From positions 44,330,001 through 44,394,000 of the forward strand of contig NC_043001.1 in NCBI RefSeq assembly GCF_006345805.1: a stretch of DNA of 64,000 nt, written 5' to 3'. Within the stretch, counting starts at the first letter, position 1. Each line of letters opens with the position of its first letter. A program made the position numbers and the translations under genes. Source of the DNA: Octopus sinensis. Taxonomy: Eukaryota. The notes beneath the pieces are model-generated. The model worked only from the letters and a program-made list of their open reading frames with translations, did no database searches and had not been told where the DNA came from. Positions 25,540 to 40,042 of the stretch are shown piece after piece.

Positions 25540-26380
25540 AATGTTAGTACTAAATATATCACAATAGATCCGAGAAGAAAGAAAAGGAATCTGGTAACTA
25601 TAACGTATAACTCCATAGCAATATACAATCGGTTAATACGGAAGTTCCTCGGATTAATTCCGAGACACCAAACTTTACGTCGCTAGATGGGACAATACGC
25701 CACAGCGGAGGTGAGGTTCTTGATAGAAGACGAGGCCAGGGAGTTCTCTACAACAACGCTAAAGAGGAACGAACTGGTTCTCATACCAATCTACCTTGAT
25801 CGTAGGATAATAAGAGTGAATATTGTCGATGTGCGCAGAAGTAATCATCTAATGGCTGGTGGCGGTGGTGGTCTTCAATATAGAAGACAGAACTGATAGT
25901 CTGTATGTCTAGACGCTGCAGAAACAAAACTAGTGGAGCCAAGGGATAGAGCTTTTGATCCAAACATATCAAGAAGTATGGGATCTATTCTGGATCTGAT
26001 GAATCTGCCAGACGGCACAAAGATATCTGTGGCCGTTGCGAGTAGAAAGCCAAGATGTCACTGGCGTAGTGACAAAAACAATTTCACGGCTTCCTGTGTA
26101 AAGCACAAAAGAAGAAACGTAAGACCACTACTTCTGCCGATACTAGTACCTCAACCACAGTAGCACCACCAACAACGGCAGGCGGTCACACCAGCAATAA
26201 CAGCCGTTCAAGAATTTGGACCTGGAAATCTCCATTTCCAGCGACTTCGAGGGCCACCTCCCAGTGGTGTCGGCCGTCAACGAAGAGCACTCGACTACAA
26301 GACGACCAAAGTTTTATTTTTCCAAGGTCTGGGGGTCTCCCGCCCCTAAGCCCTAGACCATCACTTAATCACCCTTACTC
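25540..26380 (+). pseudogene. Decayed gag-like ORF1 fragment related to 21455-22614
   Basis: ELVLIPIYLDRRIIRV resembles EVVLLPTYLGRKTSRV. Degenerate knuckle RKPRCHWRSDKNNFTASC. Boundaries are approximate. Confidence 0.55.
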
Positions 26381-27931
26381 GTCTTGTTGCTTAACAACAA
26401 CAACAACAGCAACAGTAGAAACAACAACAAAGACAACAAAATATACACCGCCATCAAAGGGACTACAAACAAGAACAACGACAACCAAAAACCCCAAGCA
26501 ACAAATGTATCAATAACAGAACAATATTACAAACCTACCCCAAGACATGCCTCTTGCCAGCTGACACAACACAGGTATGCTTGTGTGGCCAATGTGATGG
26601 TAAGAACTCTTAATAACATACAGTAACAAATGAAAATAGGGAAAAATACGCCATCACCAAAAAACTGGAAGATATGAATAAATAGGGGGATGTGCGTCTT
26701 AGCAACGATGCACCAACACCGCCCCTTAACAACAGCTGCTACACTACAATCAACTCCATCATTTATCCAACTGATATTTGTCTCAACATTGTTTTGTTTC
26801 TGCAATTTTCTTTTGTAAGTACTACTACATCTGTAGCTGTAGTAATGGGAGACTCCGATTGTGATGGCTGTAACCATACTCTTTAGACTTGCTCAGCACA
26901 GTGTTAAATATTTTGGCTAGGTTGCCTGGTGAGAGGTTGGTATTTGTTGTGCATAGGTAGTTGGTCTCTCACAAACCTGTTCAATCCAGGATAAATGTCA
27001 AGTATTGCAATACGTTGTAGAGGTGGTCGGACCTAAATCTTGCCTTGGTTAGGCTTTGGTTTGCATTTCGGATGTGCCCGTTCCATCTGCTTTTAGCCAT
27101 GTTCTATATAGAACTACTTTATCCAATGTGTTATTCCCTCTTTAATTTTCTTATTAGGACGGTAGAATGTTGCTTATGTTAACAACAACGGCGATGAGTA
27201 TGATAATGAATATGATAATGAGGAGAGGACAAGGATATCGTCAAAAGACGAGGAGGAGGAGGACAGAGAGGAGGAGGAGGAGGAGGACAGAGAGGAGGAG
27301 GAGGAAGAAGTTGGTGGTGACGGTAGAAGTCCTGATGATGTATATAGTAATGGCAGTGGCGAATGGCGGCTGCGCTTAGGCATAGTGGAGATAATTAAGA
27401 AAAGAAGGAAAAAAACAATGAAAAAGACTAAGAAAGGAGTTGGCGATGGCGAAACAAGGAATAAAATGAGGAAAAGCAAGTAGAAAGGTTAAAGGTGTTG
27501 ACAGGTTTGGCAACAACGAACCAAACAACTAATGGCGATATAATTAAACCATGTTAAATGTGATGGCTTGTTGACAGCCTTGTTGCCTTCATTTTTAACT
27601 TCTCAGATATAAACATGTATATATGTGTGTGTATGTTGTATGTATGTATGTATGTATGTATGTATGTATGTATGTATGTATGTATGTATGTATGTATGTA
27701 TGTATGTATGTATGATTGTGTGCATGTATATATCTATAGTTGTGCGACGCCCGAAACGTTAAAACACATTCATTTCCTTCCCTCTCAGCCTATTAATAAC
27801 AAAGCATTTTATCATATTTTGTCATTCATGTTTCTTATTTCATGGGCTTTATCTAAAATGCTATCTCTCTATCTCTACATTTATCTATCATTCTTTCTCC
27901 TTCTCTCTCTTTCTCTCTCTCTCCATATAAT

Positions 27932-27999
<68 letters not shown>

Positions 28000-28576
28000 G
28001 ATATATACATATGATCCAAATACAGTAAACTTATACTTCAGTATAAGTTAAAGATAACCGTAGAGCAAATAGTTATATTTCACAGATTTAATAGTTTAGC
28101 AATGAAACTTGGCTCTCGTAAATTTTAAGAGCTCGTGCCTTGCACAAACACGCACGTGTTTGTGTGTGTGTGTGTGTGGGGGGTGTCTTTGTGCTTGTTT
28201 CCGCCAACATGTTTGTGTATGTGTATGTAGGGGAAAAAAAGTTAAGTTGGCAGCATAATCACGTTGTGGTATATTCTTTGTTCTTCTTAGATGTATACAT
28301 AGATAATAAAAGAAACCGTTCTTCAAAATTTAAAATATATACCGAAACATATCACAAGTATATACACAAATATTTGCGCGTGTGTAAGTATGCAAACACT
28401 CTGAAACAACGTGCGCACGCACACACAGACACATATAAGTACATACATAAACTACCACCACCACCATATATATACATATATATATAATCTCTCTCCATAT
28501 ATATACATATATGCATACATATGTACAAGCATACATAATATATATATACATATATATGTATGCATATCTGTGTGTG

Positions 28577-28625
<49 letters not shown>

Positions 28626-28711
28626 GTAGGTCCCCGGTTGATTCGGGGTTAACCACAGTAAATAAGGTACTCAATACATAGCAGAGTAAAATTAATTTAT
28701 TATATAGAAGG

Positions 28712-28762
28712 AGCTTCTACAGGACTAGAACTGTTTCATTCAAGAGAAATCTTCAGGAAGCT
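28712..28762 (-). ncRNA. Type I hammerhead ribozyme motif with intact core
   Basis: Minus strand: AGCTTC CTGAAGA t-TTC-tctt-GAA-t GAAA CAG-ttctagtc-CTG TA GAAGCT. Stem I 6 bp, stem III 4 bp, GUA site. Stem II is weak, with a U-U closing pair. Confidence 0.65.
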
Positions 28763-30922
28763 AGTTAACAAGAATTGTATTGGCATTTATACATTTAGGC
28801 AGGTTTAAAGGGTGGTGGTGGGGGACTTTTTAGGGGTAGGCATAGCGCAAAATATCATACTTGGGGGAGTGGTCAAGGAGTCAGTGGTAAATTAGATAAA
28901 AGAATAAATAAAAGAATAAAAAAAATATATAAAAGAATAGAGTTTTAGGTAAATAAGGAGATTCTCACTTATACCTATACACATATGTATACATATATAC
29001 ACACACACACATATACATACACACATACATACACACACACATATATATATATATATACACATAATATACATACAATATCTACACAACATATATATATATA
29101 TATATTCTATATATATATATATATATATAATTATATATATATATATATATACACATACATACATGCATACACATATACACACACACATGTATATATACAC
29201 ACACGACCACACATACATATACACACAAAAAAATATATATACATACACACACATACACATACACGCATACACACACATATCCACATACACACATATATGC
29301 TTGTATTCATGATAGATGGGTAGGCAGGTTCGGTAGGTTGGTAGGAGGGTAGGTAGGTATACGACAGGCTTCTTTCAGTTTCCTTCAACCAAATTAACTC
29401 ACAAGGTTTTAGTCTATCCGAGGCTATAGTAGAAGAGACTATAGTGCATCGCAGTAGGACTGAACCGGAAGCAATGCGGTCGGAAACAGCCACATAAAAT
29501 TATATAAAATTATAATCTTCGTTTAAATTATACAAACTACCAACGCCATAAATGTGTGATATTCATTTTCACTTATATCTAAGTATCACGTCGCTAGCAC
29601 TAAGGTAGGACAATAGCTGTGATGATGACGTCGTTGGGGGCAGAAACACATATTTACTGTTGTCTCTTTGTCTCCAGACAATCAGAATGTCATTTTCATA
29701 TTGAAATTTCAATTTAGTAGAGTTCTTAATTATTGAGATTATCTCCCATTCTCATATGGAGTTGGCGTCAATTGCCATCGGGAAATGGGAAATATTTCAA
29801 TAAATCGAAAATTTATCTTGTATGTTATCTAATATATCTTTATTCGTCTTTGTTGTTCAAATACATACCATTAACCAATCTCAGTATTTTCCCTTGATCT
29901 AGACGTTACAAATCAGTGACATTTTTTTCTCTTTTGATTATCGTTTTGATTAAGGTGGTAGAAGGAAAATTTGATTGTACATTCTAGCATATGTATTCTA
30001 TATGTATGTATGTAAAGGGTAAAGACACCCACTTCGGTCATGAATGACCATGGAAATTTCTAGCAAGTTCCCTTCTGAAGAAAGTTGTTTATCGAAGCCA
30101 GTAGAGGTTCATGCATACCAGTCTTCCCTCTCCACGCCACCGATGTTATCCAAGGGAAAGGCAAAGGCTAACACGGCTTGGCCCCAGTGGCGACGCAACT
30201 CATTTCTACTGCTGAGTGAACTGGAGCAATGTGAAATAAAGTGTCTTGCTCAAGAACACAACACAGCCCAGGAATCAAACTCACTACCTTATGATTGTGA
30301 ACCAGATGTGCTAACCACTGAGCCATGCGCCTTTACTATGTATATGTATGTATGTATGTACGTGTGCGCCGTGTATTGTGTGTGTGTGGACGAGAATGTA
30401 TATGCATCAGTGCGCGCATGTTACTACAGTCGTGTCACTATACTGTGGTAAATATAAACAAACGTCACTGCGGACAGAAAACATATTTGCTGATGTCCAA
30501 GAATAACTGCAATCCAATATTAGAAATATTAAAGTAGAGTACATACAAGCATGGTTAGATGTATACATACTTGTTGTAGATACCACTGATCCGAAACCAG
30601 AAAGGTTCGAAAATCGATTAAAGTTGTTCATCATCTTTTCATTCTACAAAGAAACGGTTACATTTTCCATGTATGTATATCCACTGTGTATGTTAACACA
30701 TGTATACATCATTATACACATATACACAGGTTCACTACAGCTGTTTCAGATACGTTTTTTATTGATGAGTAAATAGATTACATCATGAAAAAAAAAATAA
30801 CGTTTTCTTCAGGTGGATTAAAAACATTGAATTTAAAATTTGAAATTTGGTCCAGAAGAAATATCGAGATATGGAATGTTTGTTGAACCTCTCATTTTCG
30901 CAATAAGTAAGAGAGTACACAG

Positions 30923-30967
<45 letters not shown>

Positions 30968-31002
30968 ACATATAGGAACACAAAAATATGTACTAAATAA
31001 TT

Positions 31003-31326
31003 AGGAACACTCCGTCGGTTACGACGAGGGTCCCTAGCTGATACGATGAACGGAACAGCTTGCTCGTGAAATTAAAGTGCAAGTGACTGAGCAATCCACA
31101 GACACGCGTACCCTTAATGTAGTTCTCAGGGAGATTCAGCGTGACACAAAGTATGACAAGGCCGGCCCTTTGAAATACAGATACAACTCACTTTTGCCAG
31201 CTGAGTGGACTGGAGCAACGTGAAATAAAGTGTCTTGCTCAAGGACCCAACGCGTTACCGGGAATCGAACTCACGACCTTACAATCGTGAGCCGAATGCC
31301 CTAACCACTAAGCCACGCGCCTTCAC
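31003..31326 (-). mobile_element. Full-length family C SINE with 12-bp TSD
   Basis: TACTAAATAATT at 30991-31002 and 31327-31338. tRNA-like head GTGGCTTAGTGGTTAGGGCATTCGGCTC...GAGTTCGATTCCC. Confidence 0.92.
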
Positions 31327-32053
31327 TACTAAATAATTACTATATTTGTGACCCATTGACAATGCCAAATACACTCTATTTAAGATAGCGTGTTCCCTCT
31401 ACTCTCAACGCATATATATAATATGTGTGTGTATGGTGATGCACACGCGCGCGCGTACATACACGCATAAGCGTCCTCTGACTATGAAACTCTGCTAACC
31501 TGGAAATACGAATCTGCTGACTCTAGCAGGTGTTGCTGTTGAGGTAGATGGGAAAGAAAAGATAAAAGGAAGTGGATGGTGTTTGAGAGAGGTAATGGTG
31601 GTTATGGTGGTGGTGGTGGTGGTGGTGATCACTGTTGCATCAATGTACTTCCTGTTGCAGTTCACTTCCTGTTGCTTCTTCAATAGAACGTTATGTTGAA
31701 GCCTCGGTGATGAAGCGTGACGCTGTAAGCTGAAACATGTGGGTTCGCCCGCATGAACATGCAAGCATAAACGTAAACAACACAAATATGCAAACACACA
31801 TATATGCCAGTACTGGCAAGTGTGTGTGTGTTGTGTGCGTGTGTGCGTGCGTGTGTGCATGTGTGCGTGTGTGCATGCGTGCGTGTGTGCATGCGTGCAT
31901 GTGTATGTTTGTGCGCGCGCTTGTATGTATATATGCGCACTCGTGTATATATAAATGCATATATATATATATATATTTTTGTATATACACACACATACAT
32001 ATATATTTATATATACTTATATTCATATATATGCAGACACAAACGTATATGTA

Positions 32054-32087
<34 letters not shown>

Positions 32088-32297
32088 CATTGTCATTGGA
32101 TCGAACATGCAAAATTTATACGACTTTTTCCTCTCGCACATACACACATACACACACACAATGCACACAAAATAACACACACACATGCACACTTATACAA
32201 CCATGTATACGCATTATATGTATGCAGCCATGTATACATACATATATATGTTTGCATATATGTATATATTTAACATCTACAAACATGAAACACTTAC

Positions 32298-32406
32298 AGT
32301 ACTTCGTGTTTGTTTTTCTCGGCTAACCACAGGTGTAGAGTTATCCGAGAACAGATTAAAAAAATCGGATATCGTCACACCCGTGGTTGCCAGGAAAATC
32401 CGAGTA
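32298..32406 (-). CDS. Candidate isolated internal exon (109 nt), unassigned
   Basis: Minus-strand CATACAG acceptor and ACT|GTAAGT donor. One open frame (TRIFLATTGVTISDFFNLFSDNSTPVVSREKQTRST). Confidence 0.25.
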
Positions 32407-32929
32407 CTGTATGTGCATACTCAATGTTTGTGTAATATATTTAATACATTCCTCTACTTTAATCATACTGACGTCTCATTCTCTTATTGTTACATGTGTG
32501 GTTAGTCGTTATGTATGTATTTATTTAAAGTACTGAGATAATATGCGTGTGTGTATGTGTGTTTTAGAATAGATTGTAAGTTCACATTGGGTACTTAATA
32601 GTTATATTTTCAAACCTCTCACTATTTTTAATTCGATCCAGTGTTACAGCTTTAGATCTATACCTATAATTTCCGGAGCATGTGGATACCTAACTGCCTC
32701 GATCTTGAGTAGTTGGGTCTCATAAAACCAATAAAAAACAAAACACGCCTAATTAGGAAATCGCAGTGAAATCTGTAGACTTTTCCCAAGTTACAGAATT
32801 TTAGCACTTAATAAGTGTTTATATACACATGAAGATATGGAAACAATGTGTTTGCATGGCTACGCATGTGGTCAAAGCATACAAATCCAATTATGTAATG
32901 CCACCAATGCATATATGCATGCAATCATA

Positions 32930-35010
32930 CAGGGGATTGCTTCATCTTTGTAGATGATTGCCATTCCCATGTATCCCCATCAACCATCATCTCCAAATGT
33001 CCATCCATGACCCCTTAAGTGACTTTTTTTAAAGTCAGTATTAAACTTACACGATCTGCAACAAACGTGACAGACAAAAGATGTGCCCTCTATTGGATTT
33101 ATTGGGTCAATTTGTGGGATATCATCCTCATATGCCTTTTAAGATCAGGTATTGATTTGCAGGTCTTTTTGCACAGCACACATGTCTCACCTAGCATTGG
33201 AGGGATAGAGCTACATACAGTTGGCTTTTTATGTGATTTTCAATGAGTGATGTACGCAGATTTAGAGAGCAGTAAACGACCACACATGTCACAGATCCCG
33301 CTCACTATTTTCTTACTGATGTTCATACCGTGGCCTTTTCGATGCTGGCGTTTAAGTTCTTTGTGATCAAGACGTCTCTATTCAAGCATTCTGCAGCCTT
33401 CCTTCATATATCCTTTCCATTTACTCCTCTTTAAAGCAAGCACGTCCCAGTTCTGATCTTCAAGCTGAAGATCTTGAAGGTTGTTTTTTTTATGAAATCT
33501 TTATATCTTTTTCTTGGTTTGTGCTGAGGGCGTTTCCCAGTGTGCAATTGGCTGTAAAATAGTTGTTTGTGGAGTCTTTCCTCATTCATGCGCACAACAG
33601 AGCCTACCCAACGCATTTGAGAGGATATGATGGTAGATACAATGCTCGTGCAGCTAGCGTCTATAAGGATTTGTATGTCAGGTATTTTCTGTTGCCATTT
33701 GATGTTTGGGATTCTTCTTAAACACTTTTGCTTAAAGTGTTCAAGCAAATTATGGTGCTTACGTCCACGTTTCCGAAGAGTACCACAGAGCACTTAGAAT
33801 GCAGGCCTAATCTTGATTTTGATATTGATGCCATGATCTGCCCAAACTCTCTTTTCGAGTTTTCCAAAGGCTACAGAAGCCCTCTGAATGCGAAGGTGTA
33901 CTTCTGCATCCAGTGAACCATCCCTTAATAATGGTACTATCCAGGTAAACAAAAGTGTCAACTACACCCAACCTAGTTCCATGCACCTTTATATTGGGCT
34001 CGATATATGCTTCCCCTGGTAATAGGGTGAACATTACCTTGGTCTTCCTTAAATAAATTTCCATGCCGAAGGCATTACAAGATGCTGCATAACAATCCAT
34101 GATGTGTTGCATGTCTTCCTGAGAGTGAGCCAAAAAGCCAACACCGTCTGCATACAAGAGTTCTGTAATTAATATTTGGAACATATTGGATTTGAAATTG
34201 AACCTTCTTAGGTCAAAGATCCTTCCTGTAGTTTTAATTTGCAATAGAATACCCTTTGCACAGTCCTGGATTGCATGAGTCAGCACCACAACAAAAGGTA
34301 TTGAAAACTGTGTGGGGGCCAGGATATCTCCCTGCTTCATGCCATTATCAACTGTGATTTCATTAGACTTTCTATTCAAGAAACCGGAGCTTTCATATTT
34401 CTGTGCAGTCGAACGAACATATCAATAAACTTTGGTGGGAACCCTATTTTCCCTAATATTTTCCACAGTGCACTTCTGTTCACCATATCAAAGGCCTTTG
34501 TCAGATCAACAAAAACTTGATACAGAGTACATTTCTCCTGAAACTATCTTGCTGAGAAGATCATATCGATCGTCCCTCCGCCAGATCTAAAGCCACTTTG
34601 TAATTCAGAGATTATTGTAGGACAAATGTCCTCTATCAACCTGTTCAACAACAATCTAGCAAGAACTTGGCCCACAGACTCCAACAGAGTGATGCCGCAA
34701 TAGTGATCGCAGATTCCTTTATCCCCTTTTCCTTTAAACAAGGTCACTAAGATACCATCTATCCAGTCTTGTGGTATAGGATCTCCATCTCAACATTCTG
34801 TGATGAGATAAAGTATTGTTTGTGTTACTTTCTTATTACCAACATTTAACAGTTCCACAGAAATTCCTTCTGATCCAGGTGCCTTACCTGTGTTTAACTG
34901 GTTGATGGCCATTTTAACCTCATAATTTGGTAAACTATCCATTTTGAAATTTACGACACATTGGGTAATGCCATCTAGCACGTCATGATCAACTGATGAT
35001 GGGTTATCAT
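32930..35010 (-). mobile_element. 5'-truncated, decayed RTE-clade LINE (RT plus C-terminal zinc fingers)
   Basis: Minus ORFs carry AINQLNTGKAPGSEGI, LFKGKGDKGICDHYCGITLL, QSGFRSGGGTIDMIFSAR, GMKQGDILAP, LLYADGVGF and RWVGSVVRMNEERLHKQLFYSQL..GKRPQHKPRKRYKD. Three C2H2 motifs lie at about 33005-33295. Confidence 0.95.
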
Positions 35011-35659
35011 CAGTGGATCATGATGAAAAATTGTAGGTATAGATGATCGTTAATTCATAATCCAAGTTGGTACAGAACCAATATACATTCTACAAATTAC
35101 ATATAATTTTGTTCGTTCCCGTCTGGGCTATGAAAGGTCTTTGTATATTTTTGTTGGTCGTAATTATTCATACCAGTATGTAATTCCTGACGAAGAATCT
35201 AATTTTTGTTTCAAGAAGAGTTTTTCGTTTTTGTCTTTGAAATTAATTAGACTCCAAAGCATCGTATTTATGTATGTTTACACGGGTACCTCAGTATGTT
35301 ACTTACTATTCAATGTGAACATTGTCCTTAGCAAGCAATTTAGTAGAAGGATTGGGGCCGTCTAGAACAGCTATCTATTAACGATCTAAGTAATAACTAT
35401 AAAGAGACTTGGCTACAGTATCTCCGGACTATAGAAAGAAAACCTACCTTTGCTTGGATTATTGAAGTTTTATATCTACCCGAATTCTCAAAACCTTTTG
35501 TACCTGTTATTCATTATTTTCTGACATGTTAGAAATAAAAAAAAAATTCCATCATTAAAAAAACGAAAAAAAAAGCTACATACCAATACCGCTGTGTGTT
35601 CTCTCTTTAAACCCAATCATTATAAACTTACTAGCAATACATGGTGTTCATAGAAATGC

Positions 35660-36030
35660 ATACTCTCTCTTTTTACACGTTTACTTGCTTCAGTCACCCC
35701 ACGACTTATTCTTTGTAAGCCTAGTACTTATTGTATGGTTCTCTTTTGCCGAACCGTTAAGTTATGGGGGCGTAAACACACCGGCATCGGTTGTCAAGCG
35801 ATGCTGGGGGGACAAACACAGACACACAAACATATACACACACATACATATATAAATAAATACATATATACGACGGGCTTCTTTCAGTTTTCGTCTACCA
35901 AATCCACTCACAAGGCTTTGGTCGGCCCGAGGCTATAGTAGAAGACACTTGCCCAAAGTGCCACGTAGTGGGACTGAACCCGGAACCATGTGGTTCGTAA
36001 GCAAGCTACTTACCACACAGCCACTCTTAC
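35660..36030 (-). mobile_element. tRNA-derived SINE, family A
   Basis: Collinear with 5811-6222. Confidence 0.85.
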
Positions 36031-37388
36031 GTCTATAGTCTAAATCTAGAAACAAATTGCATTATTATCATTTCCTTAAGACGCTGGGCAAAATGCTTAG
36101 CGGTATTTTTTTCCGTCTTTACGTCAAGAGTTCAAATGCCGCCGCAGTCGACTTTGCCTTCCCTCTTTTTGGGGGCCATGAAATAAGTACCAGTTGAGCA
36201 CTTGGGTAGAAGCGATTGACTAACCTTCTCAATATATTCCAGGCCTTGTGTCTATAGTAGAAAGGATTATTATAATTTTTTTTTCTCTTTGGTAAGGGAC
36301 GACCAAAAGTTGCATGAGCCGAGTATTAACCATATTAAAAAGCAATTGAATCTTATAATCCAAACACTCTACTTGTTCTGGGATAAAAATTTACTGATTC
36401 CAAAAATGCATTCATGATGATAAGATAAAGTAAAAATGTATCCTGCCAAGAAAATCTATAAATGAACGATCTGGCAATCAGCTTCTTCAGCTGACTGAGA
36501 ACTACAAGTATTGTCGATAGGAGTAGAGTACCAGATATGATAGAAGGAGAAGGCAAGAGTGGAGCATATCATATTTAGAACAATGTTGCCATCACAGCGT
36601 TTATCATGTAGCAATAATATCGCGTACAACATCCCTGCAGTGCCTATAATTGCTCTTCTATACAGGCACCTCAAAAATAGACAGCTCTCGTTATACCGTT
36701 TTATCTGTGCGAACATAATTCATTATTGCGATGCTCAACCGGGTTAAATAATTACAAACGGCTCCAGGCATGTCTGCTAAGTAATAAACTTTTTTTAAAA
36801 TCTTTTATCTTTTACTAATTTCAGTCATCAGACTGCGGCCATGCTGGGGCACCGCCTTATTATTATTTTTTTAAAGCCTGGTACTTATTCAATCGATCTC
36901 TTTGCCGAACCGCTAAGTTACTGGGATGTAAACACACCAGTACCAGGTTGTCAAGCGGCGTGGGTAGGGATAAACACAGACACAAAGACACACACACATA
37001 TACATACATATATAAATATATGTATTTACATACATATATAAATATATATACATACATACATATATAAATATATATACATACATATATAAATATATATACA
37101 TACATATATATAAAATATATATACATACATACATAAATATATATACATACATATATATATACACATACATACATTACATATCATACATACATTATATATA
37201 TATATGTATGTGTGTGCATGTGTGTGTATGTATGTATGTATATATGTATGTATGAGTGTATGTATATATATACATATACATATATATATATATATATATA
37301 CATATGTTGGCATGTGTATGTATGTATGTATGATGTATGTATGTATGTATATATGTATGTATGTGTGTGTATGTATGTATATATATAC

Positions 37389-37432
<44 letters not shown>

Positions 37433-38021
37433 TAATATTATAGATATATATATATATATATATAATATATATATAACTCTTTCAAAAAAAAAGATACTAT
37501 CTATTTACTTTTCAAACATCTTTGTATATTTCCCGTGCAAGGAAAACAGCAAGGGCCTCAAATAGGTTGTAATAACATATCAGTCTTTGCTTAATATAAT
37601 TGTTCGACTCAAGCAAAAATGATACACTGTTGTAATGGACTCGGCTGCTCAACGGATATGAAAATATTCATTGAAGATCAGCGAGGAAAGAGTACATTTA
37701 AATATACGTATGCTCCGACATCTACAACTGCTCCGTCCCGGTTAAGAAATTTACATTTGAACATTAGCACATTTGAATCATTTAGCACTCATGGTTATGT
37801 TATTAAGTGTTTAAATAATAATCAGAAAAGAAAGTGACCGTCTTAACACGTATTCTGCAACTTCTTCTTCTTCATCATCATCGTCGTCATCATCATCATT
37901 ATCATCATGTCTCCCTTCCTCCTCCTCCTCCTCCTCATCATCATCATCATCATCTCTTTCATCATTATCATCAAAGCTACCGAAAAGTTCTCAATTTCCA
38001 TCATGATAGTGAAATCTCTTA

Positions 38022-38079
<58 letters not shown>

Positions 38080-38086
38080 TGTAGTT

Positions 38087-38118
<32 letters not shown>

Positions 38119-38140
38119 GCTGGTAGTGGTGGTGCTGCTG

Positions 38141-38201
<61 letters not shown>

Positions 38202-38825
38202 GTGGTGGTGGTGGTGGTGGTGGTTATGGTGATGGTGAGAGTGGTGGTAGTTTTTGTAGTTCGCCCACCCATTCAGGTTAGGATGTTTGTCGGTACTTCC
38301 GATGGAAAACCCACTGCGAAGAATCTCTCAGCCGTGTCAACGCTGTCTTTGATATGTGTGAATGTACGTATGTACATACGTAAGTACCATACATAAATGA
38401 GCGCGCGTGCGTGAGTGCGTGTGTGTTTGTGCTTGTGTATGCAAGGTTTCAGTCTGCAAGTAATATGATAAAGGACTCAATATAGTAGAGAAGTGTAAAT
38501 ATATAGAGAGGCTATGGTTGATCTCTTGAAGAATAAGAGCTTCATCTCAGCACAAACACATACATATGTATGTGTATCTGTTTGTGTGTGTGTATCTATA
38601 TGCATTTGTATGTATGCCCGCATGCACCACACACACCATATATGATAAATATATAATATATATATTATATATAATATATAATATATGCATATTTACACCG
38701 TATGTACATACATCTATATATATATTATATATATATATATATATAGTATATATAATATATATATATATATATTATATGAAAAAACAAGTCAAAAATAGAA
38801 AATGCTAAAATAATTTTATAGTGAA

Positions 38826-38873
38826 CATTTCAGTACCGGTTTCGGTCATTTTGAGACCTTTTCAACTGTAACG
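38826..38873 (-). ncRNA. Type I hammerhead ribozyme (U3:A8 variant) in the inverted pLTR
   Basis: Exact reverse complement of 40759-40806. Confidence 0.8.
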
Positions 38874-39519
38874 ATTAAATAATTAAATTTAGAAAAATTA
38901 GAAGAAAAGTTTTTTTAAAGGATATTTTCTATAGTAGTGTTCAGATTTAAAATGGCATTCTGCCTTTCTCTGACTCCCTTGTTTGCACATGTGTGTTGGA
39001 GGTCGTTGTGAGTTCTTGGTATGGTAGTAGAGGAAGAAGGCTGATGAGGAAAGGGGGTGGGAGAATCTGGGAGTGCCCTGATGGTCGTATTTTGAATGGG
39101 TCAGGGGGGCTGCAGTCGCAGTTCAATTCAGGAGAATATTTTCTATTGAAAGGCTTGTTTAAAGAATTTGCGTAGGTGTTATACTAAAAACATTAGTGAC
39201 AAAGTTAAGGGGTAGAAGGTGGAGAAGTAGAAGAATAGAAGAAGAAGAAGAAGAAGAAGAAGAGAAGAAGAAGAATAAGATACAATGTTGATGATGATGA
39301 TGATGAAGAAGAAGAAGAAGAAGAAGAAGAAGAAGGAGAAGGAAGAAAGATGACGATGATGGTGATGGTTGGTGATGATTATGACGACGATGATGATGAT
39401 AATGATGATGATGAAAGAAGAGGAAGAAGAAGAAAAAAACAGAGAAGGGAAATATGAATGGGTTAAAGTAGTGAGGTGTTGTATGACTTGAAGTTGGCAT
39501 ATTATGGATTATAGCTGAA

Positions 39520-40042
39520 TGAACACAATCCTCCAAACACACGATCATAAAAAGCAAGAGACAGCCTAAATCCATGAAAAGTCTCCTAACACAAGCCCGA
39601 ATTCACTCTTCAACACAGAAGCCGACAGTAAAAAAAATGTGGAAGACCCAATTGCGGGGAATGCGACTATCTAATTGAGGGATCAGAGTTCTCCTTCAAA
39701 CAGGGACAACGGTTTACAGTGAAAAGTAACTTCACATGTGCTTCGGAGAACCTAATATACTCACTAACCTGCTCCGGGTGTCAAGAGCAGTACATAGGCC
39801 CCAACAAAAATAGTTTGCGTAAACGAATGGCCCTGCACAGATCCCAGATAAAAATTCCCCAGAACAAAAAATAGCTTTTAGCCAACACATAGATACTTGC
39901 GCCAACAAAAAACACCAGCTTCAGGATTTTCCCCCTCTACCAATTTAGGGACGATACAACCTCGAGACAACGAATAAGTAAAGAAACTCTCTTTATTGCA
40001 AAATACAGGCCACTTCTTAACGGGTCTACGACAAACAATTAA
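39520..40042 (+). pseudogene. Penelope linker and GIY-YIG endonuclease domain, frameshifted
   Basis: IIKSKRQPKSMKSLLTQARF, KCGRPNCGEC (C-x4-C-x2-C at 39638-39664), NFTCASENLIYSLTCSGCQEQYIG, SLRKRMALHRSQI and KETLFIAKYRPLLN, with a stop at 40040-40042. Confidence 0.92.

Noticed and set aside
36353-36747. Short overlapping ORFs with hydrophobic stretches as a membrane-protein exon
   Set aside because: No consistent splice-bounded frame and no recognisable family.
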